A stretch of DNA of 64,000 bases from assembly GCA_963772365.1 (NCBI GenBank), contig CAVYXA010000001.1:448001-512000 (forward strand), given 5' to 3'. Position numbers and translations under genes: made by a program. Source of the DNA: an uncultured Verrucomicrobiae bacterium (GTDB lineage: Bacteria; Verrucomicrobiota; Verrucomicrobiia; Chthoniobacterales; UBA10450). This document shows, in pieces, positions 56,850 through 64,000 of this stretch; positions within the stretch are counted from its first letter, which is position 1; every line of letters starts with the position of its first letter. The notes below the pieces were generated by a model, which searched no databases, was not told the DNA's origin, and was given only the letters and a program-made list of their open reading frames with translations.

Positions 56850-58844
56850 GTGTCGATGTTGCATTCAGAAAAAGCTCACAGCCGCAAAACAGCCGATCAA
56901 CGAAGGAAAGGCGTGGTCACAATCGAACGCCGATACCCGATCGGCGCAGAAATCATTAGCCCGACCGAGGCGCATTTTCGGGTTTGGGCGCCAAAAGCGC
57001 AGAGGGTTGATGTCGTTCTGGAAAAAAGCGCGGCAAAAAATGCGCAGCGAATATTTCAGCCGCTGCAACGCGAAGATGATGGATACCATTCCGGAGTTGC
57101 TGAGGCTGGGCCAGGCGCGCTTTACCGATTCCGGGTGAACGAGGCCGAACATTTTCATCCCGATCCGGCGTCGCGATTTCAGCCAGATGGACCGCACGGA
57201 TCCTCTTGCATTGTCGATCCAACCCAATTTCGCTGGACCGATTCGGACTGGCTCGGATGCAAACTCAAGGGTCAGATCATTTATGAAATGCACATCGGCA
57301 CGTTCACGAAAGAAGGAACCTGGTCCGCTGCTGCCGAGCAATTGGCAGAACTCAAGCGCATCGGGATCACAGCGATCGAGATGATGCCAATCGCGGATTT
57401 CCCCGGAAAATTCGGCTGGGGCTATGATGGAGTCGATCTTTTCGCGCCGGCGCATCAATACGGCATGCCGGATGATTTGCGTGCATTCGTCAATCACGCT
57501 CATGAGCTGGGTTTATCGGTGATTCTCGACGTCGTTTACAATCATCTCGGGCCCGACGGAAATTATCTTCGCGTCTATTCCGACGATTATTTCACCAGAC
57601 GTTACGAGAACGACTGGGGCGATTCGCTCAATTTCGATGGACCGAATTCCGGGCCGGTCCGTGAATTTTTCATCACCAACGCTCGCTACTGGGTCGACGA
57701 ATTCCATTTCGACGGCTTTCGCTTTGATGCGACGCAGGATATCAAAGACAAATCCGATAACTACATTTTGGGCGAGATTGCCCAGATGGCCCGGGAAACC
57801 GCGGCGCCGCGATCGATTATTCTCGTGGCCGAGAATGAGCCACAGGAAACCAAATTGATTCAACCGCGTGCTGCCGGAGGAGACGATCTCGACGGACTCT
57901 GGAATGACGATTTTCATCACGCGGCATTGGTGGCATCTGACCGGTCGGGCGGAAGCTTATTACACAGATTACCGTGGCAGCCCGCAGGAATTTATTTCAG
58001 CTGCGAAATACGGTTACCTTTACCAAGGACAACCTTACATGTGGCAGGAGGCGCCGCGCGGCACGCCAGCCTACGGGACGCCGCCGGAAGCGTTCGTCTG
58101 CTTCATCGAAAACCACGATCAGATCTCGAATACTTCGACCGGCGACCGGCTTCGATTCCAAACCTCGCCCGGGCGTTATCGGGCGATGACGGCTTTGCTC
58201 TTGCTTGGGCCGTGGACGCCAATGCTGTTTCAAGGCGAAGAATTTGGATCGTCGAGTCCATTTATCTATTTCACCGATGTCGGCGATGAGACTTTGCAGG
58301 AAGCGATCCGGAAAGGTCGCTTCGAATTTCTGGCGCAATTTCCATCGATTGCCCATAAGGAAACGCAACGGCGCCTGGCGGACCCGTTCGATCCTGAAAT
58401 GGTCGCGCGCTGCCAGCTCGATTTTTCCGAGCGCGAAAAAAATCACGAGTTCTATGAGCTGCATGTCGATCTTATCCGATTGCGCCATCAGGATTCGCGT
58501 TTCCGCGAACAAATTGCCGGCGGCGTTGATGGCGCTGTGTTAAACCGGGAAAGTTTTGTTCTGCGCTATTTTGCCAAAAACAACGACGATCGCTTATTGG
58601 TTGTGAATCTGGGGCGCCAACAGCGCATGGAACCTGCGCCGGAGCCCCTGCTCGCCCCCCCGCTCGGCTTCGAATGGGAACGCGTTTGGTCGAGCGAGCT
58701 GCCTGAGATACGGCGGCCCCGGCGAAGTAGCGGTTGTCAACCCAGGAGAGTTGGATTTTGCCGGCGGAAGCGACGGTAGCATTGCGGCTGGTGCCCGAAA
58801 AAGCTCCGCCGCAAAAAACCGAAACGCCGCCGAATCAATGGATA
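56850..58844 (+). CDS. treZ: Malto-oligosyltrehalose trehalohydrolase (GH13), frameshifted
   Basis: 'FRVWAP', 'PDPASRFQPDGPHG', 'WGYDGV', 'DVVYNHLGPDG', 'DGFRFDA', 'WNDDFHH', 'ENHDQ', 'PMLFQGEE'. Confidence 0.9.
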
Positions 58845-60895
58845 GGGATTATCAACCGGCCGTCGTTCGTTCGATGCGCTGGAGCCAGCGAAAGTTCGCG
58901 CGAAATCCTTCTAACTCGCGAATGGCTCGTCACAAATGGGCTGGGCGGTTACGCGTCAGGGACGGTTTCCGGCGCGGTAACGCGTCGATATCACGGGCTT
59001 TTGATCGCGGCTTTGCCAATACCGCTTGGCCGCGTTCTGATGTGGAGTCATGTATCGGAATTTCTCCGCTTCGGTGAGGACGACGTTGTTTCGCTGGGCG
59101 GAGAAGAACGAGCCGGCGGCCAGCTCGAATTACACGGCGCGGATTTTTTGCACGAGTTTCGGCTGGAAGATGGTCTTCCGATTTGGATTTATCATGTCCG
59201 CGATGTGGTGTTGGAAAAGCGCATCATCCTTCCCCATCAACAAAACAGGTTTACCTCATCTATCGTATTCTCGAAGGCGATACCCGGCCGCGACTGGAAT
59301 TGCATCCGGCTTTTCACTTTCGGCATCACGAGACTGCCGTGAACGAAGGAGAGCCGGGCCCCTACGAGCTAAGCGCCGCTACGGCGACGATACGAGATCT
59401 CAGCCGCCGCGGCGGCAAATTTCCGTCCATTCGAATGACGCTATGCGGATACCAGTCTCCTTTCACCATCGCGCGAAAAACAATTCACCAGGTGGTCTAT
59501 CGCATCGAGCAAGGCGCGGCTATGCCCATGAAGGCGACCTATGGAGTCCTGGTTTTTTCCATGTCGATCTTGAGAAAGACGGAATCGGCGACGTTGGTTG
59601 GCTCGACGGAAAGGTGGGACATCGTTGAGCTTCTCGCACCAGCGGAAGCTCAGGCCGCCGAACAGGAACGACGAACGCGCCTGCTTCCGCAGAGCAGACC
59701 CGGACGCGCGCAGGCGGTCTTCCGGCGGAATTAGTTTTCGCCGCGGATCAATTTGTGATCACTCCGGGGGGACGAGCCGAAGAAGCGGCGCGTGCACACG
59801 CTTCAGGCGACGAAGCGCGCACCATCATCGCCGGATATCATTGGTTTACCGATTGGGGCCGCGACACCATGATCAGCCTGGAAGGTTTGACGCTTTTGAC
59901 CGGTCGCTGGTTGGAAGCTTGTTACATCCTGCACACTTTCGCCCATTATGTCCGGGACGGTTTGATTCCGAACATGTTTCCCGATGTCGCGAAGGAAGGT
60001 CGATATAATACCGCAGATGCGACCCTTTGGTTTTTCCACGCTCTCAATCGGTATGTAGAACAAACCAACGATCACAACACACTCAAACTCTTGCTCCCGA
60101 CTCTGGTCGACATCGTTGAACACCATTTGCGCGGAACCCGATTCAATATCCATGTCGATCCCAGCAGATGGTTTGCTTTGCCAGGGGCAGGAGGGATATC
60201 AGCTCACCTGGATGGATGCAAAAATGGGTGATTGGGTCGTGACGCCGCGTCGAGGGAAAGCCGTCGAGATAAATGCATTGTGGTATAACGCGCTCTGTCT
60301 TTTGATGAATGGTTGCGGAAATCTGGCGAGAAAGATCCGACGAACGTTACGAGAAATGGGCCGAACAAGCTCGTGCTTCGTTCAACGATCGCTTCTGGTT
60401 CGAAGAGGGCGGTTATCTTTACGACGTTGTCGATGTTAACAACGGAACCGAAGACGATTCTTCCCTACGGCCAAATCAATTTTTGCCATCTCGCTAGAGC
60501 ATCCAATCCTCGATCGCAAACATTGGAAATCCGTCATTGAAGTAGTCGAAGAAAAATTGGTAACGCCGCTCGGATTACGTTCGCTCTCGCCGGATCATCC
60601 CGATTACAAACCGATTTACGGCGGCGATCTGCATTCGCGCGATGGCGCTTATCACCAAGGTACAGTCTGGGCATGGTTAATTGGGCCATTTATCGATGCG
60701 TGGTTGAAAGTTCACCCGCATGAGCGCCATGGCGCGCGCAAATTCCTGGAGCGATTTCCCAAACATTTGAATGAAGCAGGCATCGGAACGATCAGCGAAG
60801 TGTTCGATGCCCGCGCGCCGCACAATCCCGGCGGTTGCATCGCTCAAGCCTGGAGCGTGGCGGAAGTGTTGCGCTGTTGGCTGAAGACGGCGTAA
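58838..60895 (+). CDS. Amylo-alpha-1,6-glucosidase (glycogen debranching enzyme), multiply frameshifted
   Basis: '[22 protein letters not shown]', '[18 protein letters not shown]', 'LTWMDAK', '[10 protein letters not shown]', 'AQAWSVAE'. Confidence 0.9.
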
Positions 60896-61107
60896 CAAAG
60901 GTGGCCGGGCGTGCTCGCCGCGAGTTCCCCTGATACATGGTCGCTGTGGACGATTTGTCGGTAATTTTTACAGAATCATGCTTGGCTCTTCTGCTCATCA
61001 CGCTAGCTTAATAAAAACATAACGTTATGAACATGAAGGAAATAGCTTTGGAAATATAACGCAAATTCGAGATGCGGGCCCGGGACTTGCTAGGAAAATC
61101 TTCCATT

Positions 61108-61865
61108 ATGAAACCGCTACTCAGTATAACAAGTTGGATATTTGCTCTTGCATTTTTCGCTGTTGTGCCGCTCAGCGGCGCCACGGAGATTCATCGTTAC
61201 GATCTCAACGGAACCTATACCGATTTTTATGGTGGGCCTTCGCTTTCGCCAAATGGAGGAACATTACACGCAACAAATTATACTTTTGGCCCAAACCAAG
61301 GTCTCTCGCTGAGCAATGCGCTCACCAACACTGGCAACTATTCGATCTTGATCGATTTCAGTTTCACAGACTTGACCGGTTATAGAAGGATCCTCGATTT
61401 TAAGGATCGTACTAGCGACACCGGCCTGTATAATCTGGATACGGCGCTGAACTTCTATAACCACATAACGGGCCCTCCCGGTGCTTTTGCCACTAATGTG
61501 TTGGCGCGGATGGTTATCACCCGAGACTCAACGACAGACGTTGTCAGCGGGTATGTCAACGGTTTGCCGCAGTTTTCGTTTGTGGACAGCGGCGGTGACG
61601 GGATATTCAGTGGGACGAACGGAATTATGAACTTTTTCATTGATGATTTGGCTGTTGGGAATGAAGCCTCTGCTGGCTTAGTTGACCGAATTTCTATTTA
61701 CGACACCCCGTTAACAGCAGCCGAGGTTCTTGCACTGGGCGGTCCGGGGACTCCCGGGTACCAGAAAGCGGATCCACGATTGCTTTGCTGGGTCTCGGTC
61801 TGGCCGGCGTAATCTTCGCCCGCCGATTGTTGTCTTTCAATGTCAGGCGGATCGCCGACATCTGA
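61108..61865 (+). CDS. LamG-like secreted protein with VPESG-CTERM (PEP-CTERM-like) tail, frameshift near 61757
   Basis: Signal peptide; 'YVNG', 'ISIYDTPLTAAEV'; shifted frame reads VPESGSTIALLGLGLAGVIFARR. Confidence 0.78.
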
Positions 61866-62056
61866 TTCTAACGGCGTTATTCCAAACTCTGTTCCGCACA
61901 TCCTCGCACTAACGTTTACGCGTCGCGATTTCGAGGTGCGAGTTCTGCGCGCCTGGCCTAGAGGCACGTAACGAATTGGCTTGGGCGACATCCCGCTTTG
62001 CGTAGCATAAAATCTGGCAGCAACGCTCAGAATCTCGACCACTTCCGATTTACTGT

Positions 62057-63109
62057 TTGATGGCAGAAACAGTAGAAGAGCTTTGCCGGCAACCGGAGGT
62101 GCGAGAGGAGCTTGCCCGCACCAGTGGCGAGAAATCAGGCGAGACTGTCCGGGCAAAAGCCAAGGACAAGTTCTGGTTTGTAACCCACTTGCTCATGCTC
62201 GGCGGGTGCGCGGTTCTTTATTATGCCGTCGGAACGAAATTAATTCCCCTCCCCGCGCACGATGTCGATCTTGCCCGGCGCGGACTGCGCGGCGTCGCGT
62301 TGATTGTTGTCGTTCTGGCCATCGCCAAAGCAATTTCCGTTTACCTGATTGGAAGAATCAAGGATCCCACGCTCCGCTTCACCCTCAGACGCATCGAGCA
62401 TCTGCTTGCCGCCATTGCCATCGCTGTAGTCGTCATTTCGGCAATTTTTGTGAATTGGTATGCCGGTCTGACCGCGCTCGGCATCGGGTCCATTATTGTT
62501 GGTCTCGCGGTCCAGACTCCGATGAAGAGTTTCATAGCCTGGATCTACATTCTGGTGCGGCGTCCGTTCCAGGTAGGCGACCGAATCAAGATCGGAGATG
62601 CCACTGGCGATGTTATCGATGTCGGCTATCTCGATACCACACTGTGGGAATTCGGCGGGCAATATATTTCCGGCGATCATCCCAGCGGCCGAGTCATTCG
62701 TTTCCCGAACGAAAAAGTTCTCGACGAAATCGTCTGGAACTATTCCTGGCCGCTATTCCCTTACATTTGGAATGAGATCAGGTTTCAAATTGCGTATCAA
62801 AGCGATCTGAAATTTGTGTCCGAGACGATGCAGCGAATCGTGGAGGAAGAGTTGGGCCGGGAAATGATGGAGCGGGTTGAACTGTTTCGCGAACTTCTCG
62901 CTCGCACGCCGGTCGATGAGCTGGAAGTGCGGGCACATCCACGCGTCATTTTTCGCGTTGATGAAGTGACTTGGATCGATGCCATCGTTCGCTACGTCGT
63001 GTCGCCCCGCGAAGCCGGCGCGGTCAAGACACGCCTGATTCCCAAACTCCTCGCCGCATTGAATGCCGAGCCAGACAAGGTCATGTTTCCAAAAGGAGAC
63101 GCGCGATAG
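62057..63109 (+). CDS. mscS: Small-conductance mechanosensitive channel
   Basis: 'RPFQVGDRIKIG..GDVIDVG..TTL', 'RFPN'. Confidence 0.88.
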   Translation: MMAETVEELCRQPEVREELARTSGEKSGETVRAKAKDKFWFVTHLLMLGGCAVLYYAVGTKLIPLPAHDVDLARRGLRGVALIVVVLAIAKAISVYLIGRIKDPTLRFTLRRIEHLLAAIAIAVVVISAIFVNWYAGLTALGIGSIIVGLAVQTPMKSFIAWIYILVRRPFQVGDRIKIGDATGDVIDVGYLDTTLWEFGGQYISGDHPSGRVIRFPNEKVLDEIVWNYSWPLFPYIWNEIRFQIAYQSDLKFVSETMQRIVEEELGREMMERVELFRELLARTPVDELEVRAHPRVIFRVDEVTWIDAIVRYVVSPREAGAVKTRLIPKLLAALNAEPDKVMFPKGDAR

Positions 63110-63167
63110 TTCAGTCGCGATTCACAATCGAATTTGCAACTTCGCCCGGCCCCACATTATCTGTCTG

Positions 63168-64000
63168 ATGCAACGTAGCGCTCTGCTTGGTTTGATTTTG
63201 TGGTTAGCCATTGCCGCCAGAATCGCCGCCCAAACTGAATCGCCCCAGCCGTCGCCGGCAGGAACTCCGCGGCCCAAACCGAAACATATGCCGGAGATCA
63301 TCGCGGCCTTGCCGAATTTTGATGAGGAGACCGCCACCAAACTACAAATTTTTTTGGACAATAACGACTTTGGGCCGGGCAAGATCGACGGCCGAATGGG
63401 CGAATTTTTTCGCAAGGCACTGATTTCTTACAAGCACGCCCATGCCATTCGCGAAACCGGCGCAGTCGATCAATGGATGCTGCAGCAGGTCCCGCAAACG
63501 TTTACCAGCTACACGATCACCCAGGATGATTTGAAATTCATCGGATCGGTTCCGAGCAGTCATGACGAGCAGGCGAAACTAAAATGGCTCCCCTACACTT
63601 CCCTGCTTGAGTTTGTGGCCGAACGCTATCATTCGGCGGAGGCTTACATTCAAAAGCTCAATCCCGACAAAAACTGTGAGCGCTTGAAACCGGGCGATGT
63701 CCTCAAGGTTCCGAACGTGTTGCCGTTTGATGTTGCAAAATTGACTGAGGGAAAAATTGCCGAAAATCCAGCCCTGGCCGCGCGCAAGATTTACGTCGAT
63801 ACCAAGGAACGATTGCTGGAAGTCTTCGATGGCGATCGGCTCGTGTGCGTTTTTCCGATCACACCTGGATCAACAACCCTGCCCGCTCCGATCGGCACTT
63901 GGAAAATCTCGGCGCGACGGTCTGGCCGTGGTTTCGCTATGATGAAGCGATGCTGAACTACGGAGTTCGCAGCGAAAATTATGTTCAATCTGCCACCCGG
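63168..64000 (+). CDS. L,D-transpeptidase (YkuD-like) with peptidoglycan-binding and LysM-like segments; runs off the window
   Basis: 'LQIFLD..FGPGKIDG', 'LNP..LKPGDVLKVPN', 'FPITPGS..PAPIGTWKI'. Confidence 0.8.

Noticed and set aside
56850..60895. treZ and debranching enzyme split into many ORFs
   Set aside because: The fragments join into two full-length genes with catalytic motifs retained; probable read errors.
61018..61029. Palindrome CATAACGTTATG as a second dif-like site
   Set aside because: Lacks the 6-bp spacer geometry. It might be an operator but is too short to support.

Overview
Bacterial chromosomal window, probably Verrucomicrobiota (Chthoniobacterales/Spartobacteria-like). 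This is inferred from the VPDSG-CTERM proteins, the 'SRKTHG'+dockerin C-terminal modules and the repeat families. Many single-base frameshifts hit genes such as pdxJ, treZ and a glycogen debranching enzyme, which looks like uncorrected long-read error. Most of the window is housekeeping: clpB, pdxJ-acpS-metG, sucC/sucD/citrate synthase, lnt, phosphohexomutase, accD-folC, tlyA-nadK, treZ, mscS and an L,D-transpeptidase. Three things stand out. (1) 31.7-44.2 kb holds three tandem secreted paralogs whose core aligns by eye with the lysyl-oxidase catalytic domain, including the Lys and Tyr that form LTQ. Each ends in an Ig-like+dockerin module, and they are divergent from a membrane polyferredoxin-TPR gene. 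(2) 52767-55441 is a cargo-carrying IS1-like DDE transposon with 24-bp TIRs and a perfect 8-bp TSD. It sits directly beside a dif-like site and directly after the right end of an older related element. It carries a 70-nt CCA-ending tRNA-like RNA with a G3-U70 pair but no normal anticodon arm. (3) REP-like palindromes lie in frame inside metG, the phosphohexomutase gene and folC. All calls come from motif recognition only; no searches were run.
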